A stretch of 56,435 bases of DNA from a virus (Duplodnaviria > Caudoviricetes). The stretch lies in IMG/VR virus record IMGVR_UViG_3300049437_000244, positions 1-56,435 of that record; one strand, 5' to 3'. The notes under the pieces are model-generated. The model had not been told where the DNA came from. It did not search any database and saw only the letters and a list, made by a program, of their open reading frames with translations. The translations under genes and the position numbers were made by a program. Of this stretch, positions 18,976 through 28,036 are shown piece by piece (position 1 is the stretch's first letter; each line of letters starts with the position of its first letter).

Positions 18976-19153
18976 TAGTCCGGGCCGGCACAGGAGAGGC
19001 GGCCAGCCCTTCCGTTCCTGCCGCGGCCGAAGCGGCGATCGCGAGCTGGCTCCGGAGGTGGACGATGTCGGGTGTACCGGTCCGGAATCTGGGCGCGAAC
19101 ACGCGTTTGACCCGGCTCTCCATAGTGGACGACTGCTAGAAGCGCGCCTCATC

Positions 19154-20167
19154 ATGATCATCGTCCTTGAGTTCGTGGTCGTCCTCGCGTACGCAGCTGT
19201 GATCTCCGCCGGCGTCTCATTCGTCTACTTGGCGCTTCTATATGAAGACGAAGAAGGCCGGGCGCAGGATGTCGTCGAGCGATGGTGGTGCAAGCTCGAT
19301 GATGCTGAACGCCATCTCGTGCCCAAACACCTTGCTCTCATGCGGAGAACAGCATCGCGAGTGCTGAGCATCCTCGATCGCACGTTCGGTCAGGAACGTG
19401 TCTCCTTGAGGGGTGCGATGGCCGCGCTCTTGGGACTCACCTTCGCGGCTGCGTATCGGTTTCATCTGGACCTCAAGACGTTCCGCGCAATGGGCATTGC
19501 CCTCAGCGGATACGCGGTAGCGGCCCGTGTCGTGCTCTTTCTCGTAGCCGCGCTCGGACTAGTCGCAGCCTATCGGTATCCGAAGCGCCTTGCACCGGTC
19601 CTGCTGGCGACCGGTATCGTCCTCTTTCCTCACATCCGACGATTCGCCCTCACGATCCAGACTTTCAGCGATCCCCGGCTGCACCCATACGACTTCGTTA
19701 TCCTGTTCACCTGGGGGTCCTTCTCGCCGCTCGTGATCGATGCAGTCGGCATTGCTCTCACTCTCCTCCTGCTGATGGCACACCGCGCCGTCCTCCGCAA
19801 AGCTCCCACTCTCGGAGCCATTCCTCTGGTGGCTCTGGTGGTGGCCACCTGCGCGATACCGCAGGTGTTCTGGATCGTGCCGTACTCGACCCACCTGGTT
19901 CAGCGCCTGATCGTCGACGGAATCGTGGCGGGCATGTATCTGTCCTTTCTCATCATCCCTTGGGTCGCCGCGTGGGCGCTCCTCTTCCTCCACGCTTTGT
20001 GGTGGCCCGTCCTTGCACGGCCTGTATACGCGGCTGCACGCTTCCATCTGGTCTCTAGAAAGTGGCTTCTCCTCCTCGTCGGCATCGGCCTACTGGCCTC
20101 GATTGTCCCGGGCCTCGGCCCTGGACTGCTTGCTCTTGTTCAGCGGCTTCTTTCGGTACGGGTCTGA
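19154..20167 (+). CDS. Polytopic membrane protein
   Basis: Many hydrophobic helices; likely start MIIVLEF. Confidence 0.7.
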   Translation: MIIVLEFVVVLAYAAVISAGVSFVYLALLYEDEEGRAQDVVERWWCKLDDAERHLVPKHLALMRRTASRVLSILDRTFGQERVSLRGAMAALLGLTFAAAYRFHLDLKTFRAMGIALSGYAVAARVVLFLVAALGLVAAYRYPKRLAPVLLATGIVLFPHIRRFALTIQTFSDPRLHPYDFVILFTWGSFSPLVIDAVGIALTLLLLMAHRAVLRKAPTLGAIPLVALVVATCAIPQVFWIVPYSTHLVQRLIVDGIVAGMYLSFLIIPWVAAWALLFLHALWWPVLARPVYAAARFHLVSRKWLLLLVGIGLLASIVPGLGPGLLALVQRLLSVRV

Positions 20168-20275
20168 CGGTAGATTCCGCCTGAGGGGTGCGTCACGTGC
20201 CGAGGGTGCAGGGACTGGCGGACGGGGTATGTGGCGGCAGTCGTCCTTCCGCCAGCGGATCCGAAGGAGTAGGCC

Positions 20276-20473
20276 ATGCACGAGAACGAAGAACTTCCTG
20301 AATGCGTGACCGACCTTGAGAAGCGCGTCACAGCGCTAGAGGCGACCGTCCAGGCCGAGAAGGAGCGCGCGAAGACAAATCTGCGCGAGACGCTCCGTAT
20401 TGTCTTGGAGCTCGCTGCCGCAGTAGGAATCAAGATCGAGATCGAAACCAGCGAAGACGAGCCGAGAGAGTGA
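20276..20473 (+). CDS. Small coiled-coil protein
   Basis: AGGAG RBS, 65 aa. Confidence 0.55.
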   Translation: MHENEELPECVTDLEKRVTALEATVQAEKERAKTNLRETLRIVLELAAAVGIKIEIETSEDEPRE

Positions 20474-20487
20474 AGGAGGACTACAAA

Positions 20488-20730
20488 ATGAGAAAGGCAC
20501 CCTCCACCGGGTCGACCGCGGCGAAGGCGGCGTCTCGTGTACTGAGGAGCCCGTCCACAGGCGCGGCCTCAAAGGCCGCCGCAGGCAGCGCCCTCACTCA
20601 GACGAGGTCGTCCGAGAGGACGTCAGCGAAGGCGGCCACTGCCGCCTCTCAGGTTCTCCGCGACGGGCGGACAAGCGCAGCATCGAAGAGGGCCGCGGGA
20701 AGCGCCCTCGCCCAGCGGAAGAAGGGGTAG
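20488..20730 (+). CDS. Small basic Ala/Ser-rich protein with internal duplication
   Basis: Two copies of T...AA..AS.VLR...T.AASK.AAGSAL.Q; GGAGG RBS. Confidence 0.7.
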   Translation: MRKAPSTGSTAAKAASRVLRSPSTGAASKAAAGSALTQTRSSERTSAKAATAASQVLRDGRTSAASKRAAGSALAQRKKG

Positions 20731-20783
20731 TAACGGATCGGCGCCGACGCTCGCGCTTCGCGTCGACGGACGGAGGTGACCTG

Positions 20784-21077
20784 TTGAGCCCCTGCTATCT
20801 GTGCGCAGGACCCGCCGAAATCGGCCCACTCGACGAGAACGGTCAGATCATGCTCGATCACCGAGTGGAATGCTCAACGTGTCGGACCTACAGCATCTCT
20901 CTCGAAGCGAGACGCCGCCTGGATGCTCAGCCCGCAGCGCGCGGAATCCTCTCAGCGTGGTCGAGGCGATCTTTCGTAAGCTCCACGACGTTCCTGCACA
21001 TCAGATCCGCGACGGTCGATGACGCAGAGGCCGAGGCGCAGGCTAAGGCAGTCACGGCGGACACTCCGGAGGAGTAG
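20784..21077 (+). CDS. Zn-ribbon hypothetical protein
   Basis: CYLC...CSTC; GGAGGT RBS. Confidence 0.55.
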   Translation: MSPCYLCAGPAEIGPLDENGQIMLDHRVECSTCRTYSISLEARRRLDAQPAARGILSAWSRRSFVSSTTFLHIRSATVDDAEAEAQAKAVTADTPEE

Positions 21078-21086
21078 CCTTCCCTA

Positions 21087-21473
21087 GTGTCGACCGGCCC
21101 CGCTCCTTCCGCCTACGACCTCCACAACCGCCTGAAGGCGACTGAGGCGGCCCTCCGCGCGACCGAGAAAGCCCTGCGGGCGCTCTTCCAGAGGGTGAAT
21201 GTCAACCAGCCCCGCGACCCCGAGTTCGACGCCGTCCTCGAGGCCTTCGCGACGATCCTCCACGGCCTCGAGCACGCGCGGGGGGACCGGTCGAACGAGC
21301 TTCAGCCGCCTCCGCGGCCGTACGAGCTGACGATGAGCGCTGAGGACGTACCGCCCGAGAACGACCCCTTCGGCGAGCCGACCGCGGTGAAGCTCTTCAC
21401 GCAGGACGCGGGCGAGACGAGGAAGGTCCTCGCCGCTGTCATCCGGAAGCCTGGCGACGAGCCGGACGCTTAG
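21087..21473 (+). CDS. Hypothetical protein
   Basis: 128-aa ORF with protein-like composition. Confidence 0.55.
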   Translation: MSTGPAPSAYDLHNRLKATEAALRATEKALRALFQRVNVNQPRDPEFDAVLEAFATILHGLEHARGDRSNELQPPPRPYELTMSAEDVPPENDPFGEPTAVKLFTQDAGETRKVLAAVIRKPGDEPDA

Positions 21474-21520
21474 TCGGTCAAGCATCTTGACTGCAGGATG
21501 ACGAGGGCGGAAGATGGAAA

Positions 21521-21589
21521 TGGAGGCGGGGGGAATCGAACCCCCGGCGGAAGGTCTAAAGTCTCCGGCCAGGCACCAGCCCCGCCCCC
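21521..21589 (-). tRNA. tRNA-like element (G3:U70 acceptor, UUA anticodon loop; possibly a tmRNA TLD mimic)
   Basis: Acceptor GGGGGCG/CGCCTCC-A, T arm GGGGG-TTCGATT-CCCCC, loop CTTTAGA, degenerate D arm, no encoded CCA. Confidence 0.65.
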
Positions 21590-21604
21590 AATAGGTTCCG
21601 ACTC

Positions 21605-21701
21605 GGCCCCGGTTCCTCACGCCCTGCCAAGAGATGAGGGAACCGGGGCCTAGCGTTTTCGCGTGTGAAGCTCGCGGCAGCGCCGGCCTACCGCGAGCTT
21701 C
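21605..21701. terminator. Two strong hairpins at the convergence of the accessory and late transcription units
   Basis: GGCCCCGGTTCCTCA/TGAGGGAACCGGGGCC (21605-21650) and GAAGCTCGCGG/CCGCGAGCTTC (21667-21701). Confidence 0.5.
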
Positions 21702-21730
21702 CTCGTAGTCTCACAAGCTCATCCTCCTGG

Positions 21731-22168
21731 TCATCCTGAAACCCCGGATGCCTCACCGCGGGGAACGACGAGGACGAACCTCTTCCCCGCCTTCTTGACG
21801 GTGCCCCTTTTCTTCTGCCGCCAGAGCTCCGAGTTGACGTTGCGCCTGAGTTTCTCGCCGGGGCCGAACCCCATCGATCCGAGTCGCTGCACGATCTCGG
21901 CGTTCCGAAGCCCGGAAGGGGTCGTGCGCAGCGCCTCGCGGATCGCCTCTGCCACGGAGTGCCGCGGCGCCAACGGCCGATCCCCTCCTGCTGGAGAGGT
22001 GCTTGTCACGGGCGCGGCGGTGGCTGTGCCCGTGGCGCTAGGTTGACTCTCATCATCCGGCGCCAGAAGCGCGCGGATTCCCGCGATTTTCGCGTCTATC
22101 TTCTGGCGATGAACCTCAAGCCGCTTGAGTTCGGCGGAGAGCGCGTCGCGGATAGCGTCGGTCAGCAT
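21731..22168 (-). CDS. Coiled-coil + winged-helix hypothetical protein
   Basis: N-terminal coiled coil; C-terminal SVAEAIREAL...GLRNAEIVQRL...VNSELWR. Confidence 0.6.
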   Translation of the reverse strand: MLTDAIRDALSAELKRLEVHRQKIDAKIAGIRALLAPDDESQPSATGTATAAPVTSTSPAGGDRPLAPRHSVAEAIREALRTTPSGLRNAEIVQRLGSMGFGPGEKLRRNVNSELWRQKKRGTVKKAGKRFVLVVPRGEASGVSG

Positions 22169-22253
22169 TGAGGGAATGATGATCGCACGAGATCACCATG
22201 TCAACCCCGCCGTGATCAATGCTTACTTTTCGAGAAGGATAGTTCTGGAACGT

Positions 22254-22502
22254 TTACTTCTTCCACCTAACCGCCGCGGCTCTCTTTGCGATCGCACGGC
22301 GCTTAGCTCGTGTCAGCGCCGCCGTCCGTGCCTTCCCGCCCTTCAAACCTCCCAGGCGGCCCAGGGCGACCGGGGCAGGATTCTTCTCGGGCTTCGGCTC
22401 GGCGGGTTCAGGGCCGGCCGCCCCGGTCGCCTCAGCGACGATCAGGGCAGATGGCTGGTTCGGGTCGGTTGGGCGCTTCGGTTTGCTTTCCCGCTCAGCC
22501 AC
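22254..22502 (-). CDS. Small basic protein (ALGRLGGLKGGKAR motif)
   Basis: Recognisable widespread motif KNPA.VALGRLGGLKGGKAR...IAK.AA..RW. Confidence 0.7.
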   Translation of the reverse strand: MAERESKPKRPTDPNQPSALIVAEATGAAGPEPAEPKPEKNPAPVALGRLGGLKGGKARTAALTRAKRRAIAKRAAAVRWKK

Positions 22503-22561
22503 GCCACAGGAGGGGTAGGGCGGAGCCTGGCGTCCAGGGCCTAGTGATCCAAACTGACCCA

Positions 22562-22873
22562 CTACCGCTGCCCGGGATCCGGAGGGGGAACGGCAGGGGA
22601 AGCCGCCGGGGCCGGCTCAGCGGGGGCGGTAGCGGGAGCGGCAGGTGCCCCGGCCGCCCCACCGCTCTTCTTCATCATCTCCTCGAGGAGCGTCTTCTGA
22701 CCGTCGAGCATGCCCGTGCTGTGATTGAGCGTCTGGATCGCGATCTCGCGCTCGCGGCCGAGCTCGTTCATTCGGCCTTCGATGCTGGCCATGTGCGCCT
22801 CGAAGCGGGCCTTCAGCTCCGTCCGTTCCTTCTCGATCGTGCCGAGCTTCGCTGCGATGTCGACAGGGGTCAT
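22562..22873 (-). CDS. Coiled-coil protein, putative tail-fibre chaperone
   Basis: Directly downstream of the tail fibre gene; AGGAG RBS. Confidence 0.6.
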   Translation of the reverse strand: MTPVDIAAKLGTIEKERTELKARFEAHMASIEGRMNELGREREIAIQTLNHSTGMLDGQKTLLEEMMKKSGGAAGAPAAPATAPAEPAPAASPAVPPPDPGQR

Positions 22874-22882
22874 GAGGTCTCC

Positions 22883-25800
22883 TTATGCGATCAGCCCGTG
22901 GGCGCGGCACCTGGCGAGGAGGAGGTTGAGCTGGGCCTGGACGCTGGCGATCGTTGCGGAGGCATCGGCAACGGCGGCACCGCGGGCGCCGACGACCTTC
23001 GTCCCGCCGACCATGTAGCTGGTCTCGCAGTCGATGTTGCCGAGCGAGACGGCGGCGTTGCGGGTGGTGAACCCGGTAAGACACTGGACGTAGCCCCCGG
23101 TGAAGGCGGCGAGGTTGAACTGGTTGGAGAACTGGAGTGACGGCTTCCCCGCGGCCTCGCACCCAACGTAGATGTCGTTCCCGCTTCCGTACAGTCCGCC
23201 CTTGTGAACCCCGCCGTTCGTGAAGCCGTAGGAAGACGCCGACGTGATGCCCCCCGCCGGGATCGTGATTCCTCCGGAGTCAAGCGTGACGTTCCCGGCC
23301 TTCACGACGAGGGTCGTCCCGTTCCAGGTAAACCGGTCCTTCAACGAGAACCAGCCGGCACCGTTGGCATAGAAGCCGGTGTCCGTGCTGCCCCAGTTCC
23401 CGGCCCCGACGTAGATGGCGTTTGCAGCCGGCGTCGCGCTCGCGAAGAGGTGGATTCCGCCGGAGGAGAGCTCACTCGCCCCGATCGTCCAGCTGCCGAT
23501 CGCGCCCGAGCCGGCGGTCACCGCTCCGGCAAAGCTTGCGTTCCCAGAGGCGTCGATCTGGACCTTCGTCGTCACGTTGTGGCCGAGCCTGATCCCGTTC
23601 GTCGGGTCGACCTTGAGCCAGGCGCCGGAGGGGACTCCGAAGGCTGCGCCGTACGTCGTCGCCGCGTAGCCGTAGAGCCCGTTGAGATTGCCCACCGCCC
23701 AGCGGGGGCTCCAGTCGTTGAACGTCGCGCTGTTCCTGACGTTGCCGACGATGGTCGGGCCGACCTCGGAAGACGCCTTCGTGCCGTGGACGCTGTAGAG
23801 GTCGATGAACCCGTCACCCGCGGCTCCCGTGTTGAAGGCCGCGTCGCCAGCGGCCCAGGCGTTCGCGCCCGTGCCGTCGAGGTTCCTCGTGACGGTGTAG
23901 GAGTACGGGCCTGCCCCGGTCGGCCCCGCGGTGACAGCCATAAACTCGACCTGCTGAACGCCGCCGGGAGCTGTCTCGAGGTAGATCCTGTCCCCGATCG
24001 CCATCTCGTTGTGCTTGACGGAAATCGACGTAGCGCCGGCGGTGAGGTCCGCCGTGAGCTGCGTCGTCGGGCCGACAAGGATCCTCCCGCCGATCGTGGC
24101 GATCGTGTCCTGGGCGACGAGGGTCTCGACGCGGAGCTCGGCGGCGTAGAGCGAGCGCCAGCGGGTTGCGGCCGAGCCGAGGTCGTAGGCGAAGGTCGCG
24201 TCGGGCCCGGCGTTCCCGAACATCTGGATATTGAAGAGGTTCGTGTTCGTGGTCCGGATGCCGACGTTGCCGATCCCGGTGCCGTTGATGGAGATGGGCC
24301 GCCCGCCGCCGCCCGTCCCGTACTTGAAACAGTCAATGCGCCCGTACGTCTGCGCCGCGCTCGGGGAGGTGATGATCGTGACGACGCGCTCCGCGGCGAG
24401 TCCGTCGCTGACGATCATTCGGCCCGTGGCACCGCTGACACCCGCGACCTCCAGCTGCTCGTTCGGAGCCTGCGTCGCGATGCCCACGTAGCCGTTCGTG
24501 TGAACCCGCATCCGCTCGGTGAACGTCACACCGTCCGCCGTGCTCACGTGCCCGAAGGCAATGTGTCGGGACGTCGGCGTGTAGATCTGGTGGCTCGCCG
24601 AGGCCGAGTCCATCCCGAAGCCGAGCCGGATGTTCCCCGACGTGTAGAGGTTGATGATCTGCCCGTCGTTCGTGGAGGCGGTCCCGAAGTCGATCGCCGT
24701 CAGGGGCGAGGGCGTGCCGACGCCGAACGCGGGGGCCGTGACGCGCACGGTCGCGGCGATGTCCCCGACGACGTCGACCGTCGCGGCGGGCGTCGCTTTG
24801 TTTACGCCAACCCGCTTGTTCGCCTCGTCCCACGTCAGAACGGAGGTGTGCGTCAGCTTCTGGGCGACGGTGTCCCAGATGGCGATGCGCCCGCTCGCCG
24901 GTGCCGGGTCGACGGGGACCACGACGACGACATCGTCGGCGGGCGTGCTGTTGCTCGTCGAGTGCGCGGCCTCGTTGATGGAGACGCCGGTCGAGAGGTT
25001 CAGCGCGAGCGACCGGACGCGGAGAATGGCGGCGAAGCCGGCCCCGTTGTTCGTGACGAGCGTCTGGTTCCCCAAGGCGTCGAAGGTCTTCACGTCAGTG
25101 TCCCAGACGATCGGCCGGCAGCTCCCCTTCCAGACCGGGTCGGCACCGAACCGGGGGTCGCCCTGGGGCGTGAACGGGAACTCCGTGTAGCCGGGCGTGT
25201 CCCAGGTGGGACCCGTGCCCGCCGGCCAGACGCGGACGAGGACGTCCTTGATCCACGCGAACGAAGGGAGCTGCCACTGGAAACCGAGGTACGTGACCGT
25301 CGTCTTCGAAGTCGGCGTGACGGAGGTGATCTCGACGTCGGGGCCCGAGCGAGCCGCGCCCACGAGATTCCCGGGCGTGTCGAAGTACCCGTCATCCGGG
25401 AGTGCCCCGGCCTCCCCCGCCGGCGACGATGTCGCGTCGTATCGCTGCGCCGCGATCTTCACCCGGTCCGTCTCGTAGGAGCGCTTCGTCACCCGGAAGT
25501 CGACGCCGGGGAGGCCGAGGCTCGGGAGGTTCACGGTGACGCGCGAGTTCTCCTGGAGATGAATCATCTCGGTCGTCAGCTCGCACTCGAGCGTCTGCTC
25601 CGACCAGATGTCGTGCGCGATCCGCCAGAGGGCCCGGAGGGCCATTGCCTCGCTCTGGAAGCCGTGCAGCTTGTAGACCTGGGCGTCGCGGATCGGCGCG
25701 CCGGCCTCGACCTCGGGGTGCCGGACCTCGACGGTGCGGATCGTCCAGTTACTCGCCGGGTCGAGCCACTCCGCGCGGAACCGATTCGGGCGGTCGGCCA

Positions 25801-26737
25801 GTCCGGCGCCGCCGCCGAAGGTGACGCTAGGCTCCGTCCCCTCGACGACATGGTCGTCCGTGATCGTGGCCGAGACCGAGAGAATGCCGGCGGCATAGTC
25901 GAGCTTGTACAGGCCCCCGTCCTCGCGCCAGCGCATTCCGCAGTGCAGGCCGATCGTGTCGAGCCAGCCCTCGGCCGAGTCCGCGCTCGTGACCCAGAGG
26001 CCGCCCAGCGCGTAGCGCTTCTCCCCCTCGACGAGCTCGTCAGAGTAGTTCGCCGCGGCGATCACAGACGACCAGTCGACCTGCGTCGGCAGGAGGTCCC
26101 CGTACTGAGGGAACGTCCGGAGGTCGGCGAAGATGAGAGCCGGGTTCGTAGCGTGGCCGGAAGCCCACGTGCGGCACTTCGTCGGGTCCGGGTAGGCCCC
26201 CGCACCCCAGGCGCCGAGCCGCGGGTCGTAGGGTTTCCGGCCGCGGAAGATCCCCGCCGGCGTCCAGGGCTTGCTGTTCTTCGTCTCGATGTACGCCGCG
26301 GCCAGGCCGACCGTCCCCGCGAGGTTCGCGGCAGGCGTCGCGAGCGTGCCGAGGGTCGTCGCGATGACGGTGAAGTCGTTCGTCGTCGCGCCTTCCCAGC
26401 TCTCGATCGCGTCGATCGGCCCCTCGGAGATGACGACGCGGAACTTCCCGTAGCGCATCCCGGAATAGGAGCCCTGCTGGGCCATGACGCAGTCGGGCGA
26501 CAGCCTCATCCGGCCGTAGAGGATCGGGACGCGGTGCGCCGGGCCGACGAGGGAGTTCCCCGTCAGCGCCGCGCTGCCTCCCCGGATCGTGACGCCTCCG
26601 CCCGAGGTCGGCGGAATCGGCGACGGGAGCGGCGGGGGCTCCCACTCCGGGAAGATCCGTTCCGGGTCGCCGCTCGTGGCCTCGCCGCCGCCGCGAGGGG
26701 ATGCCACCCCTCCGCCACGCCTCGGGGTCGCGCTCAT
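22883..26737 (-). CDS. Tail tip / central fibre (host-specificity) protein
   Basis: VPILYG, GRKPYDPR, TNPAL, phage-tail_3-like hub, then Gly/Thr-rich fibre repeats (RVGVNKATPAATVDVVG). Confidence 0.85.
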   Translation of the reverse strand: MSATPRRGGGVASPRGGGEATSGDPERIFPEWEPPPLPSPIPPTSGGGVTIRGGSAALTGNSLVGPAHRVPILYGRMRLSPDCVMAQQGSYSGMRYGKFRVVISEGPIDAIESWEGATTNDFTVIATTLGTLATPAANLAGTVGLAAAYIETKNSKPWTPAGIFRGRKPYDPRLGAWGAGAYPDPTKCRTWASGHATNPALIFADLRTFPQYGDLLPTQVDWSSVIAAANYSDELVEGEKRYALGGLWVTSADSAEGWLDTIGLHCGMRWREDGGLYKLDYAAGILSVSATITDDHVVEGTEPSVTFGGGAGLADRPNRFRAEWLDPASNWTIRTVEVRHPEVEAGAPIRDAQVYKLHGFQSEAMALRALWRIAHDIWSEQTLECELTTEMIHLQENSRVTVNLPSLGLPGVDFRVTKRSYETDRVKIAAQRYDATSSPAGEAGALPDDGYFDTPGNLVGAARSGPDVEITSVTPTSKTTVTYLGFQWQLPSFAWIKDVLVRVWPAGTGPTWDTPGYTEFPFTPQGDPRFGADPVWKGSCRPIVWDTDVKTFDALGNQTLVTNNGAGFAAILRVRSLALNLSTGVSINEAAHSTSNSTPADDVVVVVPVDPAPASGRIAIWDTVAQKLTHTSVLTWDEANKRVGVNKATPAATVDVVGDIAATVRVTAPAFGVGTPSPLTAIDFGTASTNDGQIINLYTSGNIRLGFGMDSASASHQIYTPTSRHIAFGHVSTADGVTFTERMRVHTNGYVGIATQAPNEQLEVAGVSGATGRMIVSDGLAAERVVTIITSPSAAQTYGRIDCFKYGTGGGGRPISINGTGIGNVGIRTTNTNLFNIQMFGNAGPDATFAYDLGSAATRWRSLYAAELRVETLVAQDTIATIGGRILVGPTTQLTADLTAGATSISVKHNEMAIGDRIYLETAPGGVQQVEFMAVTAGPTGAGPYSYTVTRNLDGTGANAWAAGDAAFNTGAAGDGFIDLYSVHGTKASSEVGPTIVGNVRNSATFNDWSPRWAVGNLNGLYGYAATTYGAAFGVPSGAWLKVDPTNGIRLGHNVTTKVQIDASGNASFAGAVTAGSGAIGSWTIGASELSSGGIHLFASATPAANAIYVGAGNWGSTDTGFYANGAGWFSLKDRFTWNGTTLVVKAGNVTLDSGGITIPAGGITSASSYGFTNGGVHKGGLYGSGNDIYVGCEAAGKPSLQFSNQFNLAAFTGGYVQCLTGFTTRNAAVSLGNIDCETSYMVGGTKVVGARGAAVADASATIASVQAQLNLLLARCRAHGLIA

Positions 26738-27330
26738 TCCTCACCGAACCTTTCGACGAGAGGAATCGCCATCCCGCCGTAGACGAGGGAGGCGACGATG
26801 TACTCGATCGTCAGGACGTCCGTGTCGAAGCGGACGACGAAGGACCGCTGTCCCGTGAAGTCGTAGGTGATCACCTCACCGCCGACAGCTCCCACGTTCA
26901 GGGTGAACCGGTCGCGGCCGTTCGCGCCGCCGAGTGCGAGGAACGTCCCGGACTTCGCGACCCCATTCAGCTTCACCGTGACGCTGTTCGCGAGTCGACT
27001 CGGGAGGTCGATCGTCGTCTGGGCGGCCGTCGCGATGCCGACGCGGACGCCGGTGTAGGAGCGCCACTGGTCGCAGTCGAAGACGACGAAGGCCTCGAAC
27101 TTGCCGCCCCGCGCGCAGAAGAACGCATAGAGGGTGTTCGCCTTCGCGAGCGTGTCCTCGCCACCCGAGAAGTCCATCTCGAGGAGGTGCTCTGGGTAGG
27201 GCCTCACCTTGCGGCGCTTCTCCCTGCCTGAACGGGCCCGCGTGACCTCCGTCAGGAAGGCCGCGCTGACCCTCATGCCGACGCGCGGCGAGTCCTCGGG
27301 GGTCACCCAGGGGAAGGTCGGGAGAGGCAT
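26734..27330 (-). CDS. Distal-tail / DUF2460-like minor tail protein
   Basis: RSGREKR...FFCARGG...VRFDTD pattern; position after tape measure. Confidence 0.7.
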   Translation of the reverse strand: MPLPTFPWVTPEDSPRVGMRVSAAFLTEVTRARSGREKRRKVRPYPEHLLEMDFSGGEDTLAKANTLYAFFCARGGKFEAFVVFDCDQWRSYTGVRVGIATAAQTTIDLPSRLANSVTVKLNGVAKSGTFLALGGANGRDRFTLNVGAVGGEVITYDFTGQRSFVVRFDTDVLTIEYIVASLVYGGMAIPLVERFGEE

Positions 27331-28035
27331 CTAGACGTCCCTCCTTCGCAGCGTGAGGGTCGCGGTCTTGTAGCCAAGGTTCGCGACGTTCCACTCCCAG
27401 GAAATGGTCAGGTCTTCCGGCGGGAGCTGCCGCTGGCCACCGAAGCGGGCCTGATTTCCCAGCGCCACACAGGCCTCGTAGGTCCGCTCCGGAGCGACGC
27501 CGTTGCCGCAGGTCGCCGCGAGGCCGGTGTGGCCGCAGACGCCGTCCTTGAAGCGGCGGACGGTACAGGTGCCGGAACCGTACTCGCGGAGCGGGATCCG
27601 CCCCAGGCCGGCGTCGACGCCCGGGCCGAGGGTGATCTTCGCCTCGAGGGGCGTCCACCGCGCCGACTCGAGACGCAGGGCCGTGACCGTCCGGACGGCG
27701 GCCGGCGTCCAGGTCGCGGCGGCGGGGTCGAACCAGGCCTCGAAGAGGATGACCTCCGGGTGCCGTTCGTCCTCTGCGAGGGCCGCGAGGAGGGTCGGCC
27801 AGTAGTCATCCCCCGAGCCGATCGAGAGGCCTCCGGATCCGGAGCTCGCTCCCGAGACGTCGGAGGTGACGCCCTCAACGGTGAGGGCCGCCGGCGAGAA
27901 CGAATGCCCGCCGTAGACGATCGCGTCGGGCGCGTCCGTAAGCCGCTGCACGACCGGGAACCTGATCTCGACGAGCCAGTAGGTCTCCCGGCCGACGTCG
28001 GTCCGATGGGCCTCGATGTATGGGTCGAGCGCCAT
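27331..28035 (-). CDS. Minor tail protein (gpL-like hub with Cys cluster)
   Basis: C-terminal C...CG...C...C..LGN..RFGG. Confidence 0.7.
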   Translation of the reverse strand: MALDPYIEAHRTDVGRETYWLVEIRFPVVQRLTDAPDAIVYGGHSFSPAALTVEGVTSDVSGASSGSGGLSIGSGDDYWPTLLAALAEDERHPEVILFEAWFDPAAATWTPAAVRTVTALRLESARWTPLEAKITLGPGVDAGLGRIPLREYGSGTCTVRRFKDGVCGHTGLAATCGNGVAPERTYEACVALGNQARFGGQRQLPPEDLTISWEWNVANLGYKTATLTLRRRDV

Positions 28036-28036
28036 C

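Noticed and set aside
21521-21560. tRNA/ssrA 3' end as an att site
   Set aside because: No second copy in the window, far from int, and the matching 5' acceptor strand is present, which a simple att duplication would lack.
22883-26737. Diversity-generating retroelement or invertible fibre cassette
   Set aside because: No reverse transcriptase, invertase or TR/VR repeat pair seen.
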